NCBI GenBank assembly: GCA_965235115.1
Contig: OZ249436.1
Coordinates: 41,852,001 to 41,916,000, forward strand
Origin: Laetmonice hystrix
Lineage: Eukaryota
Length of the DNA: 64,000 bases
Reading direction: 5' to 3'
Each line of letters begins with the position of its first letter. Position 1 is the first letter of the stretch. Of this stretch, positions 50,301 to 64,000 are shown one piece after another. Below the pieces are notes generated by a model, which was given only the letters and a program-made list of their open reading frames with translations, searched no databases and had not been told where the DNA came from. The translations under genes were made by a program, and so were the position numbers.

Positions 50301-53035
50301 CGGCTATCGATTAGGCCTACCACTGGGGCTATTGTTCACTGTTTTTACTGGCAAGCATCTGTTGACCTATTTTTACACTCCATGCCGTGCTACGACTTGC
50401 GATTAGAGCATCGTCTACAGCCAGCACTGATAACATGCGATATCAAGGCATGCTCTTTCCACATTAAAGGTAAACGCACTCTAGAACAATTAGACCATAA
50501 TTATTCACTAATAAAAGCTATTTACATTTACCTCCCTAACATGAATTAACAAATTCAATATGAGTAAGCCTAATAATTCAGAGTTATCTTCGTATCCCTC
50601 AAGTCCGTCTTCCCCGACCCCACTTTTCCAGTTAATGAATTAATTCGATTAACTGTTAATTCAATAACTGACTAATAATATATTATCCATCTGTATAGAA
50701 AACTTATCAGCCGAAAGTTATGTGCAATTGCAAAAATTGGTTTAAGGAATTGGATCATAATGGAAAGAAGGAGAAATAGTATTTGAACTAAAGAAGCTTA
50801 CTCAGTTTAAATGTAGACAGTGATGAATTTCGTTAATTCGACTCATGTAGATTTATCTTGATAACTTTCAAAAATGCAATCCAGTCTATTTTTTTCAAAA
50901 GCAAGAATACGTATATATTTATCAGTGACTGTTCATACGTGTTGTACTTGTACATAATGTTATTATGCACGTACCAAAATAACTCCAAAAAAGGGGAAAG
51001 AACTTGAACTGATAATAAGCTGTCACGTTCAGGTAGGTCAAATGAAGGTCTCCGGGACGGCACTAGTTTCCTAGGCTTAAACAATTTAGGAAACTGTCAA
51101 AAAAAGAGCGAGAATATTAGTAAGCTTATTGCCTTTCCATGGGGTTTTCGGAGTGGGGATATCGCACTCGGTAGGGAAGAAGTCCACTGGTTTGGTTTAT
51201 CAGGGATTTATAAGTTTTCTACCTGGGGAACATGCCTTACGTTTAGCATTGCCATGACCTATTTAAGGGTCAATTAGGAGACCGATCTAATTAAACCAAA
51301 TATCTCAGAGCGGACAGGACAATCTAATTACATGTAGGTAGTTACATCATTCTACAAACCACGAAATGACCTCCAGGCTTTACTTATGCCCGAGGCTCTG
51401 GTGAAGTTAATTAATTGTGTACTTTTAAGGGCTTTATGATATTCTCAATTCATATGAGGGATGACGTGGCAAATCACACTAACACCTGAACACTTCAACT
51501 TGTTCTGCACATAATCTGTTTTTTTTCTCCCCCTTTCCTGTCTCAAACCTTGAGTATCGGTATCCATAATTCTTGCCATTTAGTCTCCTGACCATCCCTG
51601 CTACCAAGTACATGGGTCATAAATTCATGCTGGCAGGATACTATACAATATCCACTGATGTCTGAACCAAGGCTCAGGGTATCATTGACATGATTGACGG
51701 AGGGATTCTGCCTGTTAATGGCTGCAGGTCCGGCGGGCGGGGTTGTGGGGAAATCTACGACTCATTGGGAGGACGTGGTCAGCCTGCAGCCTCAAGCCAA
51801 CTACAAGGTTTGTAGTAGACTGACATACTGGCAGACTCACCACCACGAGTAAGGCTTCTAGCTAAAACTGAACAAATAACACACGTACAATGAACACCTG
51901 CATGCACAGATACACGGCCTGGGTGAACACGGAGATACAGGGCACAGGGCACCAATTACAGGGCACACAGCATCTTGGCCTCTCAGTGGACATGGACGCC
52001 AAATCATATATTGGACCACAGAGCCGGGCACAATGTGCAGTTCGGGTCATGGTCCAGTTTCAATTCAAAAGGCCAATCACCAGGAAGCATAAAAGTGCAT
52101 CTTTGTATTCATAACCAAATTCAATTCATTTTATATTTTGTAATAAGGATAGTAAGAAACTTCGAAGGGTAGGTACGAGTCAGTTATATTGGGTCACTAC
52201 TGGTTATATCAGTTCTTCTTTCTGTTTCAGCAATGTCACTTAAAGTTATACTGGCCACCATTTTATCCGAAGTGGGACTTCCGGTTAAATGGATTTGCCT
52301 ACTGATCAATATTTGACACTCTGGTTAAAGTACAACATGTATACAATTTCGACTATAACACTAACGTAAGGAGGTCGGGCTATGGTAACTATCCTTACGA
52401 GAGAGAAAGGTATAAGTTGTAGGCTAATAACACTAATTTTATTAGATCAACATGAACATCAAACACATGTCATATTAAAGATTATTCATGCCATGTCTAC
52501 TTAGATACGATACTCTAAAATATATTCGATGAATAGCAGAGAATTACAGTTATGTTATAAAATTATACTATCTTGCACGTTTTAGTAAGTTTACTTGGTG
52601 TAGAAAATACAAGTTTCTCTTATTCTATGAATTCCGGAAGAGCATCTGGAAATCCGGAATTCTAACTGATGTCACATCTGTGAAGTGTTTCCAGATGTGA
52701 TCATTTGAATACCAATACCAGGGAATGTTACAACAGAGTCAGCGTAAGGGTCAACCTATAGACAACACTGACACCAATATTGTGTTTTATTACGACGGCA
52801 CTGTTATTAAAAAAACAAAAGAAAAGAAAAAACAAAACTGACACTACTAACCCATAAAGTAGACAGCTGCGAAGCCCGTTTTCTGCACTGTGTTGTCGGT
52901 ACTAAAGGTTATTCGTAATCTATTGCTTTCCGATGTGATGGGTTGAGGAATCTGTGACCCGCAGAAGGTGCCGTGTAGGTTGGAATCCGTATCCAAGCCA
53001 CTCCGTATTTCCACCGAGTCGTACTCGCAATCTTG
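44364..53035 (-). CDS. BMP1: BMP1/tolloid-like astacin metalloprotease, 3' portion (end of CUB3, EGF2, CUB4, CUB5); the 5' exons lie beyond the window
   Basis: Minus-strand exons 53035-52852 ([29 protein letters not shown]), 49850-49725 ([42 protein letters not shown]), 47124-46997, 45903-45690 ([12 protein letters not shown]), 45401-45221, 44863-44791 and 44594-44364 ([13 protein letters not shown]). Phases are consistent and the motifs are classic tolloid. No upstream exon was recognised in 53036-64000. Confidence 0.93.
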
Positions 53036-54018
53036 CTGCAACAAAACGCCAGAGACATCAGTAACAAATATAACGTTCTGTACATTATGGATCTCCTTAA
53101 ATTACACTCTCCCTCTGTGCTCCACCACTGATTCTCCTCCTGAAATATAAAACATGTTTCGTTTTGGGGAGGGGGAGGGAGATCCTTGTTAAACGTTCTT
53201 ATAATAAAAACTGTCCTGAAAATATCTTGACCTGTACCAGCGCCACTGTACATAACGAGATGAGTGACAGACGACAGCCGCTTTGAACGCAGAATACGCC
53301 TGCAGCAATTCTCTATGTTTAGAAACACAACTTCACAGTTATGAACTATGCGTATTACGTCACTGCCTCATACTGAAACAAAAAAAATAACAGGCCTACT
53401 TATCTTTGGTGGTCAATTACGTCAACTACCCATTGGTTTACCATGTACTGTGCAGTTGTTGTCCTCGATGGAAGGCCTACCACAGACATTCCGAATACAA
53501 CCCGTTTTACAAAAGGCAAGTGTAAAGTATTCTCAGTATTCCCAAATCATAAACTCTACTGGCAAATGAACACATCGCAGGTTCTCACTTCCATTATTGT
53601 TGGCCTGCTTCCTCTATTATCTCTGACCAACATGTGGAATCATTGACAGATAAAGTAAGGAGAGATTGTTAAAATGATTGTAGGTGATGCTAACCTGAAC
53701 GGATTGTTTCGTATCTCACACGTCGTAACATCTTAACTTGATGTGAGCGACCCAGGACATCCCATCAGTTCATCACACCACACTTTGTCCGGACCCCCAC
53801 ATATTCTTGACTCTAATTGATTAATATGACTTTATTACAGACTTGGACTTTAACCTTGGACCAGACAAAACCTAGCCAAATACAATTACCTTGAAATCGA
53901 TGTCAACCAATGAGATGCGAGTACAACTGGTTCCCAGTTATCTGACCTGAACCTGTTGTGAACTGGACATGGACTATGAAGCAGCACATGTAACGGTAAA
54001 ATCCAGAATAATTTTTTA

Positions 54019-54121
54019 TTAGCTGTATCTACAGTTGCAGTCACCAAAGGTGTTCTCCTCGATGAAGAGCTTCCGACTCTCCATGTCTCCGTACGGGTAC
54101 TCCTGGTCGAGCTGCGTGTTC
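54019..54121 (-). CDS. Orphan terminal coding-like exon inside the tolloid intron: (R)NTQLDQEYPYGDMESRKLFIEENTFGDCNCRYS*
   Basis: The acceptor is gtgcag|. It is followed by 33 codons with strongly G/C-ending third positions, like the genuine exons in this window. The TAA overlaps an AATAAA (54015-54020). The family was not recognised. Confidence 0.45.
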
Positions 54122-57107
54122 CTGCACGGTCATGCTATCAAATACATAAGTTATACGCTCCAAGTGAGGACACACCCGAAAAACTGTTTCCAATTCCAAA
54201 ACCCCCATCTCAGACAATACTATTCAACCACCACACTTACACCACAAAGTCTAGACTTGAGAAAGATAAGCCAAACTTACGCCATAGAACAAAGCTATCC
54301 TGGTTAAACTTAACCTTCACGTAAAATCCTTAAGTTCTGAAAGGCCAACGTTTGGGCTATAGGAGAACAGGACATTGCTCTTACAAAGCACAGTTATTTA
54401 GCAACGAAACATTTTTCGGCTGAAGCTGACCAAAATGCCGATATTTCTTAAGGCATAATTGCACCTGACTAGAATTTTAGGCCACCAACACCTGTCTCTA
54501 ACATCCGTGGTTCAGCTTTAACATTATGCACATGCTTCCTTGAAGGATGTTCTTGCTCATCTAGCAATTATGATTATGAACTCCGGCATTTCTATCTGTT
54601 CTGTTCAAACACTGTACATATATCTAATTAACTTAAACCTGGGTTTGTTCAATCCATGCACCACTCAGTCCAATTATCTCTACAGTTATAACCTCATTAT
54701 TTATAAATCTATATGCGCTTGTCCCTGACATGTAGACCAGAACTTTGGCTTGGGTTTTAGGGATGGGTTCAATTCTACTCCTCAAATAAAAGAAACTTAT
54801 GGCGTGTGTTTGTTCGCCTCCAATTAATCTCTGCGCCCACCCTTAAGGTCTAGCTTCAACAAACCTTCCGGCCCGAACACTAATCCTCCTCCCTCTCTGA
54901 TTCACTTGTCCATATAATTCCAAGGGAAAAGGACTTTACCTGAAATGACACAGGAACAGTTCACTTACAGTGGTCGCAATCATTAAGGTCAAAACGTTGC
55001 ATTAATTTCCCCTTAGGACGTCAGCCAACTTCCCCTTTCATTTATAAGGTGTCACCGAATTCTTGCGGGCATCTTCTGTCTGTAGGCCTATAAAGGACAC
55101 ACAGAAGAATGCTGGGTGCCTGAAAATGATTCTGCAGTTCGTCTTAATTAACATGATGTTTGCAAATTAGAAGTCGGACCTTATATAGGTTGGACGACAG
55201 GCAAGACTTCCTGGCGGCTTTATTTGTTTGCGAGCTGGGGTGGTTCCCTGATTGAGAATTCATCCAGCCAAAATTCTATATTATTTTCAACCTCCTATGT
55301 CTTGTTCAATGACAAATCTCGAGGGTTTTTTCTGCGGATTCCTTGAAAGGTGTTCCCATAAAGTGTCCCCCATTTTTCGCCCTCCGCCCCACACCAAACA
55401 CTGAGACTTCGACCTTCAATCCACCCTGAGATTACTTTTACGGAACAAAAAGTCCTGAAAATGACAAAGATTCAAATTACCGGTCAGGAAAAGACTGCGG
55501 AGTAGTTCTGTTCTACCTTTTGAGAAAAGCAAAACTCTTTTAGAATGAAGAGGAATGTTACATTATGAATGGTCATAATTTACTGGTTTAAGTTAACGAG
55601 TAACAATGAAAATACATTTACAATGTGAATCTTATTTAGGAATATCGGTTATGGACACTTTCTTTTTAAAGTAAAAAAAGTTTTCAGTTGATGAGAAAGC
55701 CATTAATAATGAATGATATATTCCTGTATTCATGTAAAAAAGAAACAACTGTTCAAAATATAGCATTTTCATGAGGAGTGGTAAGAATATACCATTCCTT
55801 GTACTCGCTACCAAGTTTGTCTTTTTTTGTGACGATACCACTGAATTTTCACGGAACGGACAGTATGTTATGTATCAATAATCAAAGTACACCAAAAGAA
55901 AATAGCCGGACGCACTCCAAGCCCTGCAATAACCTCCAACTCTGATTAATTATGTTATCCATCAACTGGTTATTTTGGTGACTGCGTTGTGAACAACTCC
56001 GTCACCTGCCTCAATAGCAATTATCAGTGGGATTAATTAAAAAACAAAATTACAATGTTTGTTTCTTTCAAATAAAGATGCACCAAGCCCTGGCAAACAG
56101 TCTACGATCGTTTTTATTTATTTATCTTCTATCATGATCCCTACATCTACCATTGTTTTAACTATAAGTTGTTGGTTTAAGAGACAATGTGTGGGCTTAG
56201 TTCGGTGAGACCTGTCCCGTATGTACCAATGGACGGTGAAGTTTACAAACTGTGACACCCAGCAGGTGGACAAAGATGAGACTAGTGTACAAAGGCTAAA
56301 GAAAGCCTGCAAGGTAAAGACAATACCAGATGAGAGGGACAACATATGATTGAGACGTGCAGACGTGTGTGTCTGAAAGTGAATGGCAGAGGATGAACAC
56401 TCCATTGCGATCCATTGTGAGTTGTGACTAGCTATAGCTGGGTGAGAGAAAGCACAATATCACTAGCACCTTACAACACCCAAGAGTAGGTCAAAGACTT
56501 GCCTTGGCCACACAAGGGAAAAACGGCGGCCCACAAGGTACAGTATCACGTATGCCCTCAACCTGTCCCTCCATTTGCCCTTCAATGGTCTGCAAATTGG
56601 ATACAGCTGGATCAATGTTATAATCAGGGGACTCAATGAGTTATTAATAGCAGCACCATATTATCAATCGCCGTCACTGATCATCTGATGCAGTCATCAC
56701 TGGCGATGAGCAGGTAAAATTAGGCAACCTGAAAATACAGTAAACTTAAATACCTATAGCCAGAAAACCAAGGCATTGTAGATGTGATCCTGGAGTGATA
56801 TCAGGGTGTGTTTCAAAGTACTGTTAATGAGAACATTACCGATAGCCCTGCTTCGATCATCCATCCGGTATACCTAGGATGGCAATTATCCGTTAAAGGC
56901 AGCAGATATTAACATACCTTTTCAACAACGCTACTTCTAAAACTTCCGATATCGTGTTTAAGAAGAAAGCTCGCAATAAAACACTATTTTTATTAGAGCG
57001 AGATCAAGTCAGCAAATCCAATTTTGTTTCTGATATGCGGCCATTGTGACTTTTTTTCCTTAGAGACAGACTCGCATACAACACTTTTCTATATTTTTGT
57101 CAATAGG

Positions 57108-58144
57108 CCTTTATTTTTATTTTTTTATTGAACATCTTTACCCAGGATTACCCACTCGGCTAGGTGCCGTTACAAATGTGAGGTCCTGCATGGATACATA
57201 ACTACAAGAATATAATATACAGGTCTACAAAAATATATACAAGACTACCTACATGAGCAGTCTCACAGAGACAGTATCACATCTGGTGATTACCAGCATT
57301 CGTGTTCAAGGTTATTATCCGATAGGAACATGCTTATGTTATATAGTGTCTTTTAATTGCTGCTTTAGAATTTGTTGAGCTCATTTATACATCTGATATG
57401 TCGAGGTAGGTTATTCCATAACACAGGTTGATAGATTTTTCAAATAACTCAAACTTTGGCAGAGGGACATGGAGTAGAGTAGCATCATGTGCCCTGGTTC
57501 TTATGTCCCTACGTTATCTCTCACTTCAAAACAAAATTAAATTAAAACAAAAATATATACAATTTAAACAAGAAATATATACAAGACTTCCTACATGAGC
57601 AGTCTCACGGAGACAGTATCACATCTGATGATTACCAGCATTCGTGTTCAAGGTTATTATCCGATAGGAACATGCTTATATAGTGTCTTTTAATTGCTGC
57701 TTTAAAGTTATTGAGCTCATTTATGCATCTGATATGCAGAGGTAGGTTATTCCATATAACAGGTTGATAGTAGTTGTTTGATTTTTTAAATAACTCAGAT
57801 TTTGGCAGAGGGACATGGAGTAGGGTAGCCTCATGTGCCCTGGTTCTAATGTCCCTATTGTTAAGCACCGCCACGTTATCTCTCACTTCATTAAAGGTGA
57901 TTTTCTGTAACATCATAAAGTATAATACAGTAGGCAGACTACTCATGTACCTGAAAGAACTGCATTTAATAGCGACTAAAGAGTTTCTTTTCATAGTGTA
58001 AAAAAACCGTAAAAATATAAGGTTCAATGCATGCTCACTCAGATGAGATACTTTGTGTAGATGTTTAAGACGGACATTCTTCGTTTGTCTTAGGAAATTC
58101 AAGTAAACATGGTTGCGAATGACCTCAGTATGTTCACGGTGCAC
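57108..58144 (-). mobile_element. 3' fragment of a non-LTR retrotransposon (CR1/L2-like ORF2 C-terminus) with an internal tandem duplication
   Basis: ORF 57632-58144 ends RTRAHEATLLHVPLPKSELFKKS..YYQPVIWNNLPLHIRCINELNNFKAAIK, a typical LINE ORF2 tail. A degenerate second copy lies at about 57229-57527, and an A-rich AATAAA tail lies at about 57108-57130. Confidence 0.75.
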
Positions 58145-58785
58145 ATTTACTGAACTGAATATACAGGAGCAGATTTCTCCACTTTCAATGATGTACGGAA
58201 TGACTCACGGTAAACTGAACACAATTCCACATCTTTCCGCTTAAAGGGTTCAGCTATAATGCAGACCACGCAACACCGGACTCTTGACACAGATTTCATC
58301 CACACACACCTACATATGTTCCCAGCCAGACTCGTATTGTAACATGTCCCTCTTGTATGACTACCCCCAAGGACCAAACGTATATGTCAGGATTTTTTCC
58401 TACTCATGATATTAGCACCCCTTCCATGCTGTTTTTCAATGGTCCTGCATGGCGTGACACACCGGTACCTTCATATGAGGGACATTAGCAAACCTCCTCG
58501 CTCAACGGATTCAGCCGTGCATGCAAAACTGAGCTCACTTTGTGCGCAAGGACGCTCCAATGTGTATATATACAGAACGGGCACAATGAGATTTAAAAGT
58601 TCAATATAATCAGACTTACACACAGACGTTTCGTCAAATATTTAGGGCATTTATTTTTCCACCTATAGAATTATAATTTCGTCGGTGATAATGTATTTGT
58701 GGATATAAAAATGTGTTGGCGTACTTTAAGAAACTACCGGATTTCAAAAGACCCATTCCAGATATCGTTCAGAAGAGAGATTCTA

Positions 58786-58975
58786 TCAACCCCAGGCCAT
58801 TCTTCCAGCCTCAGGCAAACTCCAGGCCATTCTCCCAGCCTCAGGCCAACTCCAGGCCATTATGTCCGAGCCTCAGGCAAACTCCAGGCCATTGCCCCAG
58901 CCTCAGGCAAACTCCAGGTCATTCTCCCAGCCTCAGGCAAACTCCAGGCCAATTCCAGGCCATTCTTCCAGCCTC
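58786..58975. repeat. 30-bp minisatellite (CCAGGCCATTCTCCCAGCCTCAGGCAAACT), about 6 copies
   Basis: Direct reading of the sequence. Confidence 0.85.
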
Positions 58976-61900
58976 CGCCTCACTCTAATCCCTTATTCTT
59001 GCCTGCAGGCTAACTCCAACCCCTAGCCTCGACCAAGTGCCGGACTTGCCTCCTCCTGTGGCCTCAGCCTCCAGGCCTCCTGCCTCAGGCCGACTCCCCA
59101 GGTGTTCTTCCCATCAAGGTCATTCACCCAACGTTTCCTCTTGGGTCAGACCAAGAGGTCATGTTTTGGTGGTGTTCGCTTACAAAACACTGACAAGAAA
59201 AAGACGCCTTTAACTGTGTCCACCACCACATGACGGCAAGGGTTCTACGCACCAAGAAAAGTCTCAATTCGCATGTATACAATCTACACAAACTGTACTC
59301 TGTGTGAACCTGACCTAGCAATTAACCAACTGATGCAAGGGATTTATTTCTTCCTTTTTTTTTTGGGGGGGGGGGGGGTCCTTAATCCTACAATGCGTCC
59401 AACGAAACAGACGCAACAATCCTTGTTAGCTGGTATCAAGGTATATTATACAATCAAGGTATAATATACATTACTACATTTTAATCACTTTAATCTGAGA
59501 ACCAACAACTTTCTGACACCAACAGGCTCAACTGCCCATGAGCTGATCGACCCTCTGTCCTATCTCTAACTGAACACTAGCTGGCATTGGAGACCGACAC
59601 ATTGCATGAGAACAGACATTTTGGGGTTGCCCTAACTCCGATATCTTAAACTGAACAGTTATCACGCGATCTGCTCCTCGTGTCTCAGTAGCATTCTCAA
59701 AGAGAACAGGATTTCTTTTTCTTTCTTCTCACAACATAGTCAGATATGAAACCAAGACATCTGATCTGCTACAATATGTACATGAAGTTACCGCCTCATG
59801 AAGTTGAGGTTTTAGAAGGCATGATATTGTAACAGTTCGGTACACTTAAAACTTCTCTCATTTACCGTCTTACATTGTCGAAGTATGGTTATGTACTGTC
59901 AAGGAAATATATTGCACCTTCCAAGAGGCACAAGTTGTGCCAACAAAGCTCTGCCGCGTATGTTCACAAAGGTTCCCAGACAAAGGCTCAAGAGAGAAGA
60001 GCTAGCTGGAAGTCAACAATTACCAGGTACACAGCGAGCCAACCCAGGGTTGTGGAGGAGGGAGGGAGGGGGCAGAACATGAGCCAGGCGAGTTCAGCTG
60101 GTGCTCTGCCAAATGGGGACTGGATTCTGGCACTGGTGAACGACCACGATCCTACAACATGTGTACTAACCAAGAAATCACTGCTGCCTACTTACAGCGA
60201 CCTTCCGACCCTCGGCCAGGGGTTCACATAAAGACCTCGGAGGAGACCTGTGTCATGGAGGTGGGCTCCCTGATTATACTAGTAATTGGATTTTTTAGAG
60301 CGGGGGGTCATAAGGTTTATTAACTAAGATTATTATGGTGATTGTGGACACTCATGCATTGATTGATTAAATTTTATTATTTTGGCTGAGTGAACACCAG
60401 GCAATAAACTATTTAACAATCCGCGAATTGAATGACAGTTTCCGTATATTGCACTGAAGATTTCTGGCTAACACATTGACTGCGACTGCGCTGAAGCTGA
60501 CAGTGACTTATCCAGTAAACTTGGCATGTAGTCAGGTAAATGTCTCACAAAAAATATGTCTTGACTGTTTATAAAGTTTCACCTTTAAGTTTTCCGGGCT
60601 GAATGAGAGCAGCCTTGGCCTGTGCGTACAAGATTTGGGTATACTACAAGTATGTATCTAACGGCATGATGCTCGTCAGATTTTATGAACCAACAAAATA
60701 ATAAACATCGGGTTAACCCCTTGAAAGAGGGAAAGGGTCCAGGATTTTGGTTAGGGGGGTAAGGGGGAGAACTTTCTTAGGGGGGTTAGCATGGTCAATT
60801 CAGAAAATTCAATGGAGAAAAACGAAAAACTGGCTGCGAGGGGGGGGGGTTAATCCCCCTAACACCCCCCCCCCCCTCCCATCCCGATCCGCCACTGGGC
60901 ATTGCCTATGTGGTATTTCTAATAGAAATATTTTGAGGTAGTGTCATATTATTTTAAGTAAATACTTGCTCTTAAGATTCAACCCCAAAAGAGCAAGTTA
61001 AGTTATTGCCAACGAAACAACAAAGAGCGAGATGTCTGTTGAGTGCAGCTGTCCCTGTAAGTAGACATAAACAACTTAACCCAAGGGGGATGACACGGAA
61101 ACATGAACTAGTGCAGTAATTTAACCTTGGCACATCGGGTCAGAACCTGTCCCATAAGTTAACACGAGATAACCTTCACGCTAAGTTGACAGCACTCAGA
61201 TATTAAAAAACCATATCAAATAACATAACATATAATACTTTAGGGCAGGTAATGTGACAATGGCATATCATACATTTAAAAAAAGGACAATCGATTCCTG
61301 AGCGAGAAATATAGGCCCTACTGCTGTAACAAATAATTCCCATTTTGCTTCATCTGGCATACTATTCCAAAAAAAAACTAAAATTGTTTCCGCCGATTCC
61401 CAAACCTGGTAGACATATAGTTAAACAAAGCACGAATAATCTTCCTCAAAATTAGATTCACGTTTCTCTCCGTGAGTGGCAAAACATTATAGGCCTATCC
61501 TCGTAATTATTTTCTCTGCTGCATCATGAAGATTATTTTTGCCACTCAGCTTTACGATGATAATAATTATGTGTGCTTTCAATCAATTACTGAGAGTCAG
61601 GCTAGTTATTAGAGTGCGAGTATCAATGAATTTACCATCTGCTGGCTGTGATAAACAGGGGTCAACTGGTACAAAGAAGGGAAGCAGCTTCCATTATGGT
61701 CAAACGTTTGACCTAATTATGATAGGTCCTAGGGCCATACAATTCTAATCTTCCTTATGACCGCACCACTTCCCCCAATCTTTTGGAATCGGCTCGTGTC
61801 GAGGTAGAAAACTGAAGAACTTATAAGAAATGCGAGGTAGAAAACTGAAGAACTTATAAGAAACGAGCGTTAACCCGTTACCAGCACAGTCACAAAACTA

Positions 61901-64000
61901 TAAGGATTAAAATCTCTTTCATGTGGCACACTACTAGCATCTGGTCATTGTGTGTGTTCTTCAATAAAACACAACTCCCCGTGAACCCTATGTAAACGTC
62001 ACCAGGTAATACATTGCTATCAGCCACTCAGCAATACCGTGTCAACGTGTGGGTTTTATCAGGCAAACTTTCAACGGCAAATCTAAGTTCAAGATAGTAG
62101 TACGAGCGGATCTGGTGTGCCCGGGCCTTGGACTGGCTGACAGTGACAAACACAAACCGTAAAAAAAGCCAAGTTAATGACAGTGACGGAGCGTAATTAT
62201 GCCATGTTTACAACTTGTTGGGCTTGCACCGCAGGTGGTCGTTGTCATCACGCAAGGTTCAGGGGCTGAGGCCTCAATGTCACACACAACGGAAGTTTAA
62301 CATCAGCGACGCGTGGTTCTTTTACCGACGGTTTACACCACGGCCGATGACGACAGAATCTACGACGTTTGGGTTGCTTGTGACATTCCTACCATAGGAT
62401 GAACTGGTTCAATGTCGGATTGACGTTTAAAGGTTTCATTTTCGCCCTGAAGATGGCTGAAATACTGCTAATAGTAATAGGGCAGTGACATTGCTTATTG
62501 AAACCGATCTATTGCAAAAACAGGCATCGGTGTGAACACCCCATATTTTCGTATAACCTTCACCGTGACGCTTCGCCTTAAACAAGGCCAGCTAATGTGA
62601 AATCCAAAAATGATCTCAATGAGAGAAAAAGACTTGCAATAGCTGAGCCTAGAGACACCTTTCCGCACACCCAGGCAGTCTAACCACAACACCAGTTACT
62701 AATTCATGAAGGTCAAGAACTGTTCGTGATCTTATTGATCTTTTTGCTGTAATGAACCAGTTCCAGGGCTTTCTCCGCAGACGGGGTCATATCGATAATA
62801 AATTAGAATACGCAACGAAGCAAAAACCAAACTACTCAGTGAACAACAACAATGTCATGTAGGCTGGGTTTTTACCTGTATCTGCGAGTCAACCAAACAT
62901 GATGCATGGAAGCACCCGACTGTAACAAACAAAAAACCTCTAGATTTCTAAGATCAGTAGCCTGTTTATTGAAGGCGTTCAGAGAATCATTTTGTCTCAA
63001 GGATGCTGATGAAAACTCCTGTTGATTATGAATCATAATGAAGCAAAGATCATCACTAAGATAAAGATAAATGAGGAACTTGCCAGACACACCTTCTTAC
63101 GACCACCTGATCATTTTGGTGGATTTCCTTGGAAATCATTTTGAACTGTTCTCATGTAGTAATTACCAGCAAGTCGTTCCAGTTGCCTGGTATAGACATT
63201 AAGACATTCTAAAAAACGGAATAAAACAGATAAAGAAACTGAAAACAAGAGAAAGTGATATTTAATTCCCGACCGTTTATTTATTTAAGAGAATCTAATT
63301 ATGTGGTAAAATTATACCCTCATTTCTAGTTTAAGAACTACATCCCAGTATTTTGATAGAAAAGGGAAAAATGATAACGTAGCTATACTGACCTCCAGCC
63401 CAAAGAGTTAATAAAAGTCTAAATTAAGAATCACTGTCATGCCGTCTCAGTACTGAAAACAATCTGATCACATGTGAACCACATCTAATGGTGATAGAAC
63501 AAGGTTTTTAGTGATCACCCGCTAAGTGCCCTTAGTTCATACTTAAGGTCATACCCCAGGATTCTGAACTCTACTTGATTTAATAATCAGTGCACAATTC
63601 AGCCCGTATCGCAACCAGTGATACATCTGGGCCTCACACGCGATGTAATCTCTGTCATGCATCACAGGGTTTAATAAGCGAGAGGCCAGGCATTGGCTCG
63701 AGCTAGATTCTAGTACACAAAAACACAAGATCAGTTTGTTTGTGATACACATCGGATTCTGGCACTGATCCTGGCCAAGTTAGGAATCCAGCCAGGTTAG
63801 GAATGGTGTGCGATGAACATTTCACAATACTACAAATCAACAGTCGTCACAACTTTCTTATTATGACACGGCATATATTACTGTTACCAGAACGCCACCC
63901 CCCCCCCAAAAAAAAAGAGTATTTTATAAGGAATTACTTACATTGCTGCCTTCAAGGTCAAAGTGAGTGAAGTTGATGGTAATGCGATACTGTTCAGGTG

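Noticed and set aside
54925..54950. tttcag|gtaaag recursive-splice-like site on the tolloid strand
   Set aside because: A near-identical motif occurs antisense to villin near 34255, so it arises by chance here; there is no other support.
58699..59013. Pro/Gln-rich repeat ORFs
   Set aside because: They are translations of a 30-bp minisatellite with a frame-shifting unit and have no splice support.

Overview
This is an intron-rich animal (probably lophotrochozoan invertebrate) window, so most ORF-track entries are noise or single exons. Splicing by hand with phase-consistent GT-AG junctions recovers four genes. (1) A complete 6-exon troponin C-like EF-hand gene (+, 6878-13910, 152 aa) with a candidate second terminal exon. 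(2) A spliced, apparently catalytically dead DUF3504/Crypton tyrosine-recombinase-derived gene (+, from 17940). (3) A complete 27-coding-exon villin/advillin-like gene (+, 26609-39428, about 821 aa, 6 gelsolin repeats plus headpiece) with a pair of mutually exclusive exons. (4) The 3' part (CUB3-EGF2-CUB4-CUB5) of a BMP1/tolloid gene (-, 53035-44364). There are also an orphan coding-like exon inside the tolloid intron, a likely 5' end of a minus-strand gene near 0.6-3.8 kb, several MITEs, a LINE 3' fragment and minisatellites. The most striking structure is in villin: three introns carry tandem arrays of 3' splice-site copies, each followed within 5-8 codons by an in-frame stop. Other highlights are a 19-bp minisatellite grown out of a MITE TIR with dozens of TACGTG motifs upstream of troponin C, and a possible short BMP1-type isoform made by intronic polyadenylation. 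All homology calls are from memory of the families; no searches were run.
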